Shown: piece by piece, positions 16,331 to 25,841 of the stretch
How positions within the stretch are numbered: position 1 is the first letter of the stretch
Layout of the letters: each line of letters starts with the position of its first letter
UHGV virus genome: UHGV-0043842
DNA from: a virus
Length of the DNA: 35,621 bases
Strand: one strand, 5' to 3'
The notes under the pieces: generated by a model
The model's database searches: none
What the model saw: the letters and a program-made list of their open reading frames with translations, nothing else
What the model was told of the DNA's origin: nothing
Program-made: the position numbers and the translations under genes

Positions 16331-17124
16331 AACACGAGCTTATGATAACCGCGGAAACGCGGGTGGCGCTGGGCGTCAGCGAGGCCAACCGCCTGCACCG
16401 GTATGCCCAGGCCCAGGCCGAGATGGCGGCATGCGCCGGGCGCAATGCCGTGACGGCAGGACTCAAACTGGGCAAGCTGCTGGTAGATCTTAAGGCCGCG
16501 ACGGATCATGGAGAGTGGGGAGAGTTATTCAAGGCCGCATCAAATTCGACACATGTGTCGAATTTGGATTTCGATCAAAGGACAGCCAACCGCTACATGC
16601 GCTGTTATAAAGCGGCTAAGGCCAGGCTCTCTGCCACCGAATCCGCCCAACTGGACGCCACTCTGAATGACCGGACGGCTCCATCCCCCCCTCCGGAACT
16701 GGTAGCCAAGGCCACCGACGGAGCCGAGACACCCCGGCAAATGATGCTCAACCTGGGCGTGATTGCCACCCGCAAGCGGACAACGCACGACCGGGTCAAG
16801 CCCCTGGGCTTTACCGGCTCCGGCAACCCTGACGGGGCGCAGGCCCTCACCCCGATGGATAAGCTGGCCAATGACCTGGCCGCCCTCAACCTCCCCCCGG
16901 AAGAACTGGAGCGCCGCCGGCACCAGGCCGAGCAAGACGCTGCCTGCCTCCTCAAACAGCTGGGAACCTTTGTCGACCAGGGCTACGTCCACCTGCTGCG
17001 CCTCCAGGAGCGTGAGCTGTTTGCCGATTCCCTGGCCGCTTACGCCCGCAAGGTATCCGATGCCGACGTGCAGAGCGTCAGGGCCACGATGGATGGAATA
17101 GCCAACGGTACAACAACACTTTAA
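16327..17124 (+). CDS. Hypothetical early protein (265 aa).
   Basis: ATG at 16327 overlaps the upstream stop (ATGA). Coding-like composition. Function unknown. Confidence 0.4.
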   Translation: MKHELMITAETRVALGVSEANRLHRYAQAQAEMAACAGRNAVTAGLKLGKLLVDLKAATDHGEWGELFKAASNSTHVSNLDFDQRTANRYMRCYKAAKARLSATESAQLDATLNDRTAPSPPPELVAKATDGAETPRQMMLNLGVIATRKRTTHDRVKPLGFTGSGNPDGAQALTPMDKLANDLAALNLPPEELERRRHQAEQDAACLLKQLGTFVDQGYVHLLRLQERELFADSLAAYARKVSDADVQSVRATMDGIANGTTTL

Positions 17125-17128
17125 GATA

Positions 17129-19159
17129 ATGGACTTTAATATCACCATGGACGATCTGCCGCTGGTGGAGCGGGACAGAGTGCTGGCCCTCTATGCGGCC
17201 TGCAAGCGCATCAGGGAGGCCAGCGCCTGCTATGGCGGGCAGCAGGATGCCATCCGGGATGCCGCCGCCCTCTGCGGTATCTCCCCGGTGACTATGCGCC
17301 GCTGGTACGACATCTGGCGCAACAACGGCGACAATCCCCTCTCCCTGGTGGACCGCCGCTACCGTAAAATACAGGCGCGCAGCCGGGTCACCCTCAGCAA
17401 ATTCCTTGCCTACTGGCATGGCCTCTGCACCCGGTGCCAGCGCAACGGAGGCATCCCCACGGCCCGCCAGCTCCTGCTCAAGACCTGGACGGAGAGGCGC
17501 GACACCATCCCCGGCTATGAGGACTGGCCGGGCTGGCCGCGCGTCCCCTCCGGCTGGAGCCTGCGCAACCTGCAGAGGCTCGCTCCCCAATCTCTGGAGA
17601 CGGTGGCGCTCAAGCAGGGCATCCGGGCCGCCGCGCCCCAGCTGGCGCAGGTACTGGCCACCCGCGAGGGGCTCTGGCTGGGAAGTCATTTCCTCTTTGA
17701 CGACGTCTGGCTTGACTTGATGGTGCTTTCCGGGCGGGACAAAGGGCAGCCCCTGCAGCTGGGCGTGCTGGAGTACCTTACGGGCAAGCGTGTGGCGTGG
17801 GGGCAAAAGATACGCCGCCGCGATGAGGAGACGGGCAAGATGATCCACCTTAACCAGCGGGACATGCGCAGCATCCTGGCCCTGTGGGGAGCTACCGTCG
17901 GGTACTCGCCCAAGGGGACGACGCTCGTCGTCGAAAACGGAACGGCGGCTATCAGCAAGGAGCTGGAAGAACTGCTCTACCATGCCAGCGGCGGCCTGAT
18001 CAAGGTGGACCGCTCCGGCATCGGAGGCGTGCGCCAGACGCTCAAGCAGGGCCACAGCGGCCGGGGCGTGGGCAACCCGCGCCACAAGGCGGCGCTGGAA
18101 AGCTACCACAACCTGCAGCACAACCGTATCAGCCATCTGCCGGGAGCCACCGGCCACGACCGCACGCCCCCGGAAACCCTGCACGGGCTGGTACGCGCCG
18201 AGGAGCAGCTCATCAAGGCGATGGACAAGCTGCCCGCGAATAAAGCCGGTCAACTCAAGCACTACATGCTGACCATGGACGAGCTGAGCCGCGAGTTGAC
18301 CAAGATAGTCAGCGACATCAACACGCGCACCGACCACAGGTTGGAGGGCTGGGAGCGATGCGGGTTCATGGTCGAGGAGCTGCGCCTCTCGGCTTCCGCC
18401 TCCTGGACACCGTCCTCCGAGGTGGAGCCGTCCATGGCCGCCCAGATCATCCGCACCGCCTGCGAAACCGGGGCCGACCTGGTGCGCCGGCGCCGGATGA
18501 GCCCCTCCGAGGCATGGGCCTGCGAGGAGGCCAAACCGGGCAACAGGCTCATCAAGCTGCCCCCCTGGTGCATCTGCCAGATCCTGGGCACGGACATGGC
18601 CCGCCCCATCAAGGTGGCCAGCGCCTACATCCGGATGCGCGACAAAACCATCCGTGATGAAGACCTGATTTACGAGGCCCGCGTGGCGACTCCTGACGGA
18701 GCCGTCCGGGTTCTGCCCCACGGCACGTACCAGGGTTACGTCAATCCCTACGATGACAATCAGCTCTTTGTGTGCGGGCAGGACGGGCGCGTCATCGGCA
18801 CGGCCTCCCTCGTGCAGAGGGTATGCACGGCGGATACGCACGCCGTGGAGCAGGCCATGGGCAAGGCGGCCGGGTATCGGGAGCAGCAGCTGGAATATGC
18901 CCGCATCATCGGAGCCAATACCGAGGCGGACATCGTCCGCAAGCGCGAGCACAACAGGCGCCTGATGGAGGGCAAGCCGGTGACGGCCGCCGAGTATGCC
19001 CAGGCATACTCCCTCACCCCCACTCCCGCCGATAAGCGGACCGTGACCAGGGCAGCTACGGCGGCGGCCGAGTCCATGCCGGACATCAGCCTCATCCCCG
19101 CCAGCGGCAGCAATGACGACGAGCTGCCCCACGACCTGCCCGATGTAAGATTTTTATAA
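17129..19159 (+). CDS. Mu A-like DDE transposase (676 aa).
   Basis: Size and position upstream of an AAA+ B-like ATPase. N-terminal DNA-binding-like region. Acidic residues consistent with a DDE core. Confidence 0.5.
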   Translation: MDFNITMDDLPLVERDRVLALYAACKRIREASACYGGQQDAIRDAAALCGISPVTMRRWYDIWRNNGDNPLSLVDRRYRKIQARSRVTLSKFLAYWHGLCTRCQRNGGIPTARQLLLKTWTERRDTIPGYEDWPGWPRVPSGWSLRNLQRLAPQSLETVALKQGIRAAAPQLAQVLATREGLWLGSHFLFDDVWLDLMVLSGRDKGQPLQLGVLEYLTGKRVAWGQKIRRRDEETGKMIHLNQRDMRSILALWGATVGYSPKGTTLVVENGTAAISKELEELLYHASGGLIKVDRSGIGGVRQTLKQGHSGRGVGNPRHKAALESYHNLQHNRISHLPGATGHDRTPPETLHGLVRAEEQLIKAMDKLPANKAGQLKHYMLTMDELSRELTKIVSDINTRTDHRLEGWERCGFMVEELRLSASASWTPSSEVEPSMAAQIIRTACETGADLVRRRRMSPSEAWACEEAKPGNRLIKLPPWCICQILGTDMARPIKVASAYIRMRDKTIRDEDLIYEARVATPDGAVRVLPHGTYQGYVNPYDDNQLFVCGQDGRVIGTASLVQRVCTADTHAVEQAMGKAAGYREQQLEYARIIGANTEADIVRKREHNRRLMEGKPVTAAEYAQAYSLTPTPADKRTVTRAATAAAESMPDISLIPASGSNDDELPHDLPDVRFL

Positions 19160-19183
19160 CATAACAGACACAATAATAACAAT

Positions 19184-20224
19184 ATGGACGATATTACAAA
19201 AATCAACAACAATGCCAACCTGAGCAGGTATCTGGACCGCATTCAGGATACGCCGTACAAACCGGCTCACAAGAAGATGCTCACCGACCTGATCAACTAC
19301 GCAGTAGACCATGACTGGACGCTGCGCACGCTGGCCGACAAGCTGCCGGTGAGCACGACGGTCATGCACCGCCTGCTGATTGGCGCTTACCAGGCCCCGA
19401 CCGGCCCTCATCTTTCCAAGCTTGATGACCTGTGCGGTCTGCTGGCCCTGCGCCAGCAATCAGCGTCTGACGGGCCGTTTATCGAGACGGCTCTGGCACG
19501 CTACGTGATGCAGATTGCCGAGCTGACCCACGTCAACCAATACGCCTCCATGCTGGTGGGCAAGACGCAGTGGGGCAAGACCTGGGCGCTCAAGGAGTAC
19601 GCCCGCCGCCATCCCGGTACGGTTATCATGGTGCGCTGCCCGGTGGTCACCAGTCCGGGACGGCTGCTCTACCGCATTGCCGCCCAATTAGGCCTGTCGG
19701 TCAAGGGGAACACCGAGTTCCAGATTGCCAAGATTGTCAACCGCCTGACTCCGGAGCACCTGCTCATTGTCGACGAGATCCACCACGCGCTGGACAGCGA
19801 CAAGACCGGACGCAAGGGCATTGAACAGCTGCGGGAGATCTACGACGAGACCCAGTGCGGCATGCTCCTGGTGGGCACGCCCGTCCTGGCCGAGTACGTC
19901 GAAAAAAATGACAAGTGGAAAGGCATCCTGGAGCAAACCTCCAAGCGAGGGGCGGCCAATATCTACCGCCTCCCGGACCATATCGAGACCCGCGACCTGG
20001 AAACCCTGTGGACTTATTACGGCTATCCGTCCCCCAGCCGGGCCATGCTGGCCACCCTCAAGCAGCAGGCCAATTTGTACGGATTCGGCAAGACCACCAA
20101 GCGCCTGCGCAAAGGGGTGGAGGCCGCCAACAATGCCGGGGTGGACCTTACATGGGACTACTACCTGGCCGCCGTCCGAAAACTTGAAGAAATGGAAGCC
20201 GGCAAGATGCCGGAATACGTATAA
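19184..20224 (+). CDS. Mu B-like AAA+ transposition ATPase.
   Basis: Walker A GKTQWGKT and Walker B LLIVDEIHH. Located immediately downstream of the transposase. Confidence 0.55.
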   Translation: MDDITKINNNANLSRYLDRIQDTPYKPAHKKMLTDLINYAVDHDWTLRTLADKLPVSTTVMHRLLIGAYQAPTGPHLSKLDDLCGLLALRQQSASDGPFIETALARYVMQIAELTHVNQYASMLVGKTQWGKTWALKEYARRHPGTVIMVRCPVVTSPGRLLYRIAAQLGLSVKGNTEFQIAKIVNRLTPEHLLIVDEIHHALDSDKTGRKGIEQLREIYDETQCGMLLVGTPVLAEYVEKNDKWKGILEQTSKRGAANIYRLPDHIETRDLETLWTYYGYPSPSRAMLATLKQQANLYGFGKTTKRLRKGVEAANNAGVDLTWDYYLAAVRKLEEMEAGKMPEYV

Positions 20225-20244
20225 CCCCCCCCCTCAAAAAAATC

Positions 20245-20601
20245 ATGCGCAAGAAGACCATTAAATACACCATCGTTGACCTGGGAGGAACCCGATATGT
20301 GGTCCTCCGCCTGGCTGACCTCGACGCCCTCATCACCACGCATCACAGCCTTTCTCTGGAACTTATCCCGGTATTGAGCGAGGCGCAGTGGGAACGGCAC
20401 CGTCAGCTGCTTTACATCACCCAGCATATCCATGTTGATCGGGTCAGCCATTGCAAGGTGGCCCTCCTGACCAAGACGGACTATGACTCCCTCAATCTGG
20501 CCATATCCCATCTGCACGCCCTGCTGGGCAATATCCGCCTGGCCAGTATCACCGTCGGCCCCACTGAGGCCGACCAGCCTGACTCAACTTCCAACCAATA
20601 A
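20245..20601 (+). CDS. Hypothetical early (semi-essential region) protein, 118 aa.
   Basis: ORF in operon context. Confidence 0.35.
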   Translation: MRKKTIKYTIVDLGGTRYVVLRLADLDALITTHHSLSLELIPVLSEAQWERHRQLLYITQHIHVDRVSHCKVALLTKTDYDSLNLAISHLHALLGNIRLASITVGPTEADQPDSTSNQ

Positions 20602-20802
20602 CACCACCATCATGTACAGCACCAACACTAACAATCAACAGGACAGGGGGCGGCAAGCCCCCAATGTCAAACCGGCTCCCAAGGGAGGCCAAACAATGAA
20701 AGATATGTTTACCGCCACACCTGCGGAGCTGAGATCATCGAGCGCATCGCCAAGCGGGCTGTCGCCCTTTACCGTAAATACGGCAATACCGACGTCGATG
20801 AG

Positions 20803-21006
20803 ATGGATATCCAGATGGACCTGGAAGCATGTCATTGCAACGGGTGCCCACTGCGGCTTGCTGACATGGAGCAGGCTGATGCTTTTAACCTGATGCACGA
20901 TGTCACAGGCATCAACATGCACCTTAATCGCAACACGGGAGAACTGAGTAAGCGTTTCCTGCCTCGCTTTTTTGATGCTTCCAAAGAGGGCCGCCGCCAT
21001 GAATGA
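20803..21006 (+). CDS. Small ORF (67 aa). Its frame is protein-like for ~30 codons upstream of its first ATG, while a different frame has a strong RBS+ATG at 20696.
   Basis: Frame-1 translation from 20707 reads YRHTCGAEIIERIAKRAVALYRKYGNTDVDEM... without a start codon. Frame 2 has GGGAGG then ATG at 20696, giving a W/S-rich 65-aa product. Confidence 0.25.
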   Translation: MDIQMDLEACHCNGCPLRLADMEQADAFNLMHDVTGINMHLNRNTGELSKRFLPRFFDASKEGRRHE

Positions 21007-21244
21007 GGACATCTACTGCTATTACCACCGGCACGCACGCCTGGAGATCATCCAGCGCCATGGGCAGACCTATGCGGTCTGCCCGGAGTGCCGAAGAATC
21101 ATGACCGAGGGTATCCGCTCAGAGCTGAACCGCGCCAATCACGGCAATCATCTTTCCTCTGATGACCTGGTACACAAGCTGATCAACAGAGCCGAGCCTG
21201 TTAATCCCATCCCTCCCGTCTACATCTACATTGACCAGCCATGA
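20999..21244 (+). CDS. Small zinc-ribbon-like protein (81 aa; CYYHRH...CPEC).
   Basis: Cys/His pairs. ATG overlaps the upstream stop. Confidence 0.35.
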   Translation: MNEDIYCYYHRHARLEIIQRHGQTYAVCPECRRIMTEGIRSELNRANHGNHLSSDDLVHKLINRAEPVNPIPPVYIYIDQP

Positions 21245-21516
21245 CCTACGATCCCAATACACTGGCCTATCTCATCGGCCTGCAACTCTCCCGCTTCCCC
21301 GGAGCCTGTGACCACTGGGAAGTCTGCGACCCCCGCTGGCCGGGCATGATCGCCATCCGGCTGGAGCAGCTCGGACAGTACTACGTCCCTGTAGATGGAG
21401 AGCGATTTCTGGAGTGGCTCAGCGCCACGCCAGACCTTACCTGGCAGCATGTCGTAAACATGCTGGCCAAAAAGAGAAAACAACTCAACAAACAACACAC
21501 ACGCAACAATGGGTAA
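21241..21516 (+). CDS. Hypothetical protein (91 aa).
   Basis: ATGA overlap with the upstream gene. Confidence 0.35.
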   Translation: MTYDPNTLAYLIGLQLSRFPGACDHWEVCDPRWPGMIAIRLEQLGQYYVPVDGERFLEWLSATPDLTWQHVVNMLAKKRKQLNKQHTRNNG

Positions 21517-22030
21517 AATACGCACAACCACTAAAGCAACCGACCAGCAGGTTATTAAGGACAAGGCTGAATTTTGTCAGACCCTGGACGACATCGCCCG
21601 CAAGGGTGTTGAACTGGACACCTTGCAGGCCGCCAAGGAGGCCGCCATGCAGCAAGTGCTCACGGATCACGACCCCAAAATCAGCGAGCTGACCAGGGAG
21701 ATTGACCGGCTCACCAAACTGGCCGAGCAATGGGCATCCCCCCGCAGGGACGAGCTGTTTGCCAGGGGCCGTAAATCCGGCACCACCGCCCTGACTACCT
21801 ACGGTTACCGTCTGGGGCAGCCCACCCTCAAGCCCACCAAGGGCTGGACGTGGGACAAGATTGTCGCCCTGCTCAAGACTACGCGCCGCAAGGCGTACCT
21901 GGTCACCAAGGTGACTCCTGACAAGGATGCGATCCGCCTGCATGTCAAGCCCCACAAGCTCGCCAAGCTGGGGTTGGAGATCAGACAGGTGGAGACTTTT
22001 TATGTAGAGAGGAGCACCAGGGATGACTAA
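21509..22030 (+). CDS. gam: Gam-like host-nuclease inhibitor (Mu Gam family).
   Basis: 173 aa. Alignable to Mu Gam from memory (WASPRRDEL vs WCEANRDEL, followed by a similar G.K.T.NL.TG pattern). Confidence 0.5.
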   Translation: MGKIRTTTKATDQQVIKDKAEFCQTLDDIARKGVELDTLQAAKEAAMQQVLTDHDPKISELTREIDRLTKLAEQWASPRRDELFARGRKSGTTALTTYGYRLGQPTLKPTKGWTWDKIVALLKTTRRKAYLVTKVTPDKDAIRLHVKPHKLAKLGLEIRQVETFYVERSTRDD

Positions 22031-22193
22031 GATTGAGGTTAAAGACTATGGATTCCAGACCCTGCTGGCTATCTGGACGGGCACTGATAGAGGAGGAGCA
22101 ACAGCCACTCTTGTCTATCTGACGCCCAAGCAGCGGCAACAACTGATCAAGGCTCTACAAAATCCCGAACAACAATCTGATAATGAGCAATAA
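22023..22193 (+). CDS. Small ORF (56 aa), translationally coupled.
   Basis: GAGAGGAG Shine-Dalgarno sequence ~8 nt upstream. ATG overlaps the Gam-like stop and its own stop overlaps the next start. Confidence 0.3.
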   Translation: MTKIEVKDYGFQTLLAIWTGTDRGGATATLVYLTPKQRQQLIKALQNPEQQSDNEQ

Positions 22194-22812
22194 GCCACTC
22201 ACTAAACGCCAAAAGGCCGTTTTGGCCCAGCTGGCCGTCCGAGCTTACAAACAGCTGCAAGCATACGGCTGCCCGGTGCCGTCCCTGGAAGAATGGCGGC
22301 ACGACGAGACCTGGAAAGCCACCGGACACACGGATTCTTTCACCTGCGCAACACAAAAGGATTATACGCTGATTTACAATCGTTTTGCCGCTTATCTGGG
22401 GAAAGCAGCTATCAGGGACAACACCTACACGGAAATGGACAAGGAATTGCACCTGCTCCGGGACAGCATGCAACGGTTTGAAACCGGGCCGGACTATCTG
22501 GCGGAAGTGGTGAGGGACCAGCTGCATCTGCCCTGCACGGGAAAGAATGTCTATGACCAGCTACAGAGACATGCCAAGCCTGAACACATCCGCCATCTGA
22601 ATTATACGGTGATCAACCGGGGCCGGGCCGCCGCCCGAAAGCTGGCGGAAGAAACAGGATTGGAAACCTATGAACCGCACGCAATCCCGGGGACGATTCC
22701 CCCGGGAGGGCTGGCGGATCATGTGGGAGCCGTCCCGGTATCCAGGCCCATCCAGGCCACCGCCCGAAGGGTTGTCACCCCGGAACCCGAACCGAAGACG
22801 GCCAGGGGATGA
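22183..22812 (+). CDS. Mu gp16 (DUF1018)-like middle-region protein (209 aa).
   Basis: N-terminus LTKRQKAVLAQLA... resembles gp16-family N-termini. Located just before the Mor/C-like gene, as in Mu. Confidence 0.3.
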   Translation: MSNKPLTKRQKAVLAQLAVRAYKQLQAYGCPVPSLEEWRHDETWKATGHTDSFTCATQKDYTLIYNRFAAYLGKAAIRDNTYTEMDKELHLLRDSMQRFETGPDYLAEVVRDQLHLPCTGKNVYDQLQRHAKPEHIRHLNYTVINRGRAAARKLAEETGLETYEPHAIPGTIPPGGLADHVGAVPVSRPIQATARRVVTPEPEPKTARG

Positions 22813-22950
22813 AGTGACACGGTATCATTTGAAGACGAATTCCCCCTGTAACTTTTCGCATCCCTGCGGATGCGCGGATTGAAACCAAACCGAAGCGGAA
22901 CAACTGGTCAGACGGTCCAAAAGGCTTGCAGTATCAGACTTTCCCGGCAA

Positions 22951-22983
22951 AGCCCCATGCTGAAAATCCAGCATGGGGCTTTT
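22951..22983 (+). terminator. Rho-independent terminator (gccccatgctg-aaaatc-cagcatggggc-ttttt).
   Basis: 11-bp perfect stem, 6-nt loop and a T5 run, after the early/middle operon. Confidence 0.65.
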
Positions 22984-23031
22984 TGCGTCCCTGCTCCTGA
23001 AAAACCGTTAAGCGTGTGGTAATATGGACAC

Positions 23032-23283
23032 ATGGACGAAAATTTGCGCCGCTGGGCTAATGGGCCGGAATGTAGCGTTGCCGAAGCTGCCCGCATATTA
23101 AAGGTAAGCCGGGAAACAGTGCGGCGCATGATATTGAGGGGGGACTTGTACGCCTGGCCTGCCGTGCCCGGAGGCGTAAAAAAGCTATTGTGGGAGGGGC
23201 AAGTGCGGGATATGGCGGCGGCAGCGCGGGCAGAAGCCATCCAGCGCGGGAAGATGATGCAATCCACCTTCAACTTTTTTTAG
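23032..23283 (+). CDS. Mor/C-family late transcription activator (HTH).
   Basis: 83 aa with HTH VSRETVRRMILRG. Paralog of 13608..13862. A TAATAT -10-like element lies upstream. Confidence 0.5.
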   Translation: MDENLRRWANGPECSVAEAARILKVSRETVRRMILRGDLYAWPAVPGGVKKLLWEGQVRDMAAAARAEAIQRGKMMQSTFNFF

Positions 23284-23290
23284 CACATTT

Positions 23291-23326
23291 GCCACAAACG
23301 CCACATTTGCCACAAATGCCACATAA
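23291..23326. promoter_or_regulatory. Four tandem 9-bp repeats GCCACAAAC GCCACATTT GCCACAAAT GCCACATAA right after the Mor/C-like stop and upstream of the lysis genes.
   Basis: Read from the sequence. Mirrors the array at 13572..13607. Confidence 0.5.
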
Positions 23327-23356
23327 AGAATGCGGAGCCTGGGCTAGAGTGCCCGC

Positions 23357-24028
23357 ATGACTAACAAGCAAGATTTTGGCGGAACAAAAAACGGAGATGA
23401 ACTGAATCGTGGTAATCATGGGAATGAAGCCCTCGCGTCGGGAGACGCCGGGGCAACTACGCCCCAGCAAACGAAAAAGACGACCACGCCCTGGTACTTG
23501 TCCCGGACGTTTTGGATCAACCTTGCCGCCCTCCTGTCCCTGCTCCTGCCGTCCGTCCGCGAGTGGCTGGAAAACAACCCTGTGGACTTTGTGACCGCCC
23601 TGGGCGGCGTGAATGTCCTGCTGCGGTTTGTAACTTACGGGAAGCATCAAATTTCATCCGACAGCGATGATAGCGATACCGCCTCCGGCGATGGAGGCGG
23701 AAATGAATTGGAGTTCCGGCCCCTGGTGCCAGGCGAGAACGACCTGGCAAATTCGTCCATAGCCGGGGCCGGGACATCCAATCCGGCCAAGCCCGGAACC
23801 ATCAAGCGCAACGTGCTGCTGACCATCGGCGCGCTGATGGTGCTGCTGGGCGGCTCCTGTAGCAGCGAGGCCCCCGCATCCACCAGCGTGAGCCTGTCCG
23901 AAGGGCAGGCGGTGATTGTCCGCGGCGGTTCCTCCCTGGTGATTGACCGGGGGGAAAGAAAGCTGCTGTGGAATCAGAGCGTGCCGGAAGTGGTGATCGC
24001 CCCGCCCGTGGTGCAGAAAGGAAAATAG
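23357..24028 (+). CDS. Lysis-cassette membrane protein (holin candidate), 223 aa, with an internal LLGGSCS motif.
   Basis: TM helices. Paralog of 12882..13535. Confidence 0.4.
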   Translation: MTNKQDFGGTKNGDELNRGNHGNEALASGDAGATTPQQTKKTTTPWYLSRTFWINLAALLSLLLPSVREWLENNPVDFVTALGGVNVLLRFVTYGKHQISSDSDDSDTASGDGGGNELEFRPLVPGENDLANSSIAGAGTSNPAKPGTIKRNVLLTIGALMVLLGGSCSSEAPASTSVSLSEGQAVIVRGGSSLVIDRGERKLLWNQSVPEVVIAPPVVQKGK

Positions 24029-24060
24029 TTAATAAGTAACAGTGAAGAAAGGAAAGCATC

Positions 24061-24666
24061 ATGAAGTACGCCGAATTGAAAATGAACACGCTGTCCTGGC
24101 AGCGAGCACTGAAGTTTGCCGGGTTTTACCGTGGGGCCTTAGATGGTATGACTGGCCCGTTGACCCGTGAAGCCGCTACGCAGTGGGAAACCAGCCACAG
24201 CCAGCTGCAAGCCAGATACGGCCAGGTGGACAGCCGCTCCGAGTCTTACCTATGGACCTTGCAGCCACTGGCCGCCATGCGGGTGCGCCAGGTGATCGTA
24301 GCCATGCGGCAGCAGGCCGATTGGAAAATCATTTGCGGCGTCCGGACCTACGACGAACAGGACGCGCTATATAACAAGCGCCCCCGCGTCACCCGGGCCA
24401 GGGGCGGCCAGAGCATGCACAATTTTGGACTGGCCGCGGACTTTTGCCTGTTTGAAGACGGACAGGACATCTGGTCCCCCAGCGAAGGCCCAAAATCCAT
24501 TTACGCGCCGCTTGCCGAAGCGACCCGCCAGGCGGGCCTGGTATGGGGCGGAGACTTCCGCACCATCTACGACCCCGGCCATATCCAGCTGGGAGAAATC
24601 GCCACAACCGCCCTGCATCGTGCCTATACCCAGGGCACGTCCACCCTTGCCGAATTATTGAAATGA
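24061..24666 (+). CDS. Endolysin: PG-binding domain plus peptidase M15.
   Basis: SMHNFGLAADF and DPGHIQL motifs. N-terminal LKFAGFYRGALDG. Confidence 0.65.
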   Translation: MKYAELKMNTLSWQRALKFAGFYRGALDGMTGPLTREAATQWETSHSQLQARYGQVDSRSESYLWTLQPLAAMRVRQVIVAMRQQADWKIICGVRTYDEQDALYNKRPRVTRARGGQSMHNFGLAADFCLFEDGQDIWSPSEGPKSIYAPLAEATRQAGLVWGGDFRTIYDPGHIQLGEIATTALHRAYTQGTSTLAELLK

Positions 24667-25001
24667 TGATGCAGCTATTGGCGGAAGCGAGCACGATAGA
24701 TGCCGGAGCGGTTGGCCAGATAATAAGCACCCTTGTGGGGGCTGGCGCTATTGGCGGGGGTGGCTACGTGATGGGTAAGGCTCGCAAAATATCCTTGTCC
24801 AATGATCCCCTCAATGTCCGCAAGGCCAACGAATACGCCACCAAAGAGGATATTGCCCGGCTGGAACGAGAAATCCGAGACATAAAAAATGACCGGAAAG
24901 AAGACCTGGGAGACATATATGACCGCCTCAACGAACAAGGCAGAGACCTGCATGAAATCATCGGCATGCTGAAAACCCTGACCCCACCGAACAAGAAATG
25001 A
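24663..25001 (+). CDS. i-spanin-like protein (TM plus coiled coil).
   Basis: ATGATGATG start overlapping the endolysin stop. The GAVGQIISTLVGAGAIGGG helix is followed by a charged coiled-coil segment. Confidence 0.4.
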   Translation: MMMQLLAEASTIDAGAVGQIISTLVGAGAIGGGGYVMGKARKISLSNDPLNVRKANEYATKEDIARLEREIRDIKNDRKEDLGDIYDRLNEQGRDLHEIIGMLKTLTPPNKK

Positions 25002-25255
25002 ACCGAACCGCCGAAATCAGACTGGCCATCCTGCGGGACCTGGCCCATGTCCCCGCCGGACTGCTGCGCCGTGAAGATGACATACGCTGCCGGGTGCAGC
25101 TGCAAGTGGTGCCGTCCCCGTCCCGCGCGGAAATTGAAACCGAACTGAAGGAACTGGACGCGCTGCGCCTGATCACGGGCATCTCCAACAAGATCACGGG
25201 AGAAATGCGCTGGCGCATTACGGATGCCGGACAAGCTGAACTTAGCAACCAGTAA
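24998..25255 (+). CDS. Conserved small phage protein (85 aa).
   Basis: Paralog of 11676..11933. Confidence 0.35.
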   Translation: MNRTAEIRLAILRDLAHVPAGLLRREDDIRCRVQLQVVPSPSRAEIETELKELDALRLITGISNKITGEMRWRITDAGQAELSNQ

Positions 25256-25268
25256 CCCCCCTACACCC

Positions 25269-25841
25269 ATGCGCAAGCCCAGGCCGGACAGCACTATCCA
25301 CAACTTGCCGGAGGAATTGCGGCAAGCCGTGGACGACGCCCTTGCCGCCAACGCCACCCTGAAGGATGTACAGGCCATTCTGGCGGAGGGAGGCGTGCGG
25401 CTGTCCCTGCAAAGCATCAGCGAGTACTACAAGCTGCACCTGCTGCCCCGGATATGGGCGGCGGAAGACCACAATGCCGCCCAGCTTGCCAAAATCAAGC
25501 GGGGCAACGTCACGAAGGCCACCCATGCCGCCGTACTGCAAACCTGCTACGAAGTCATTACGCGCCCGGGCAAAAAATCCGCCGCGGATTTGCAACGCCT
25601 TTACGGCATGGTGCTGGCCGGACAAAAGGCCCAAATGGAAGCCCAGCGGCTGAAACTGGACATTGACAAATGGCAAATGCTGGCCGCCCAGGCGCTGCTG
25701 GACAAGGCCACCAGTCCGGAAGTCCAGGCGATTGTCGGCAGCAACGAAACCAACGAAAGCAAACTGGCCAGGCTGCGCGCCCTGCTGTTTGGCCAGCGGA
25801 AAACAGTCACCCCCGAATTTGTAGATGCCCCATCATCCTGA
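25269..25841 (+). CDS. DUF3486 / Mu gp27-like protein.
   Basis: MRKPRPDSTIHNLPEELR. The track offers 25224 as the start, but comparison with module A favours the ATG at 25269. Confidence 0.45.
   Translation: MRKPRPDSTIHNLPEELRQAVDDALAANATLKDVQAILAEGGVRLSLQSISEYYKLHLLPRIWAAEDHNAAQLAKIKRGNVTKATHAAVLQTCYEVITRPGKKSAADLQRLYGMVLAGQKAQMEAQRLKLDIDKWQMLAAQALLDKATSPEVQAIVGSNETNESKLARLRALLFGQRKTVTPEFVDAPSS

Noticed and set aside
22670-22882. 70-aa ORF overlapping the 3' end of the gp16-like gene.
   Set aside because: It overlaps a better-supported gene in another frame and extends into the terminator-containing intergenic region. P/R-rich composition.
25224-25268. Earlier ATG start for the gp27-like gene.
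   Set aside because: The module-A homolog begins MLRKPRPDS, aligning with the ATG at 25269 (MRKPRPDS). Neither candidate has a clear Shine-Dalgarno sequence, so the upstream start remains possible.
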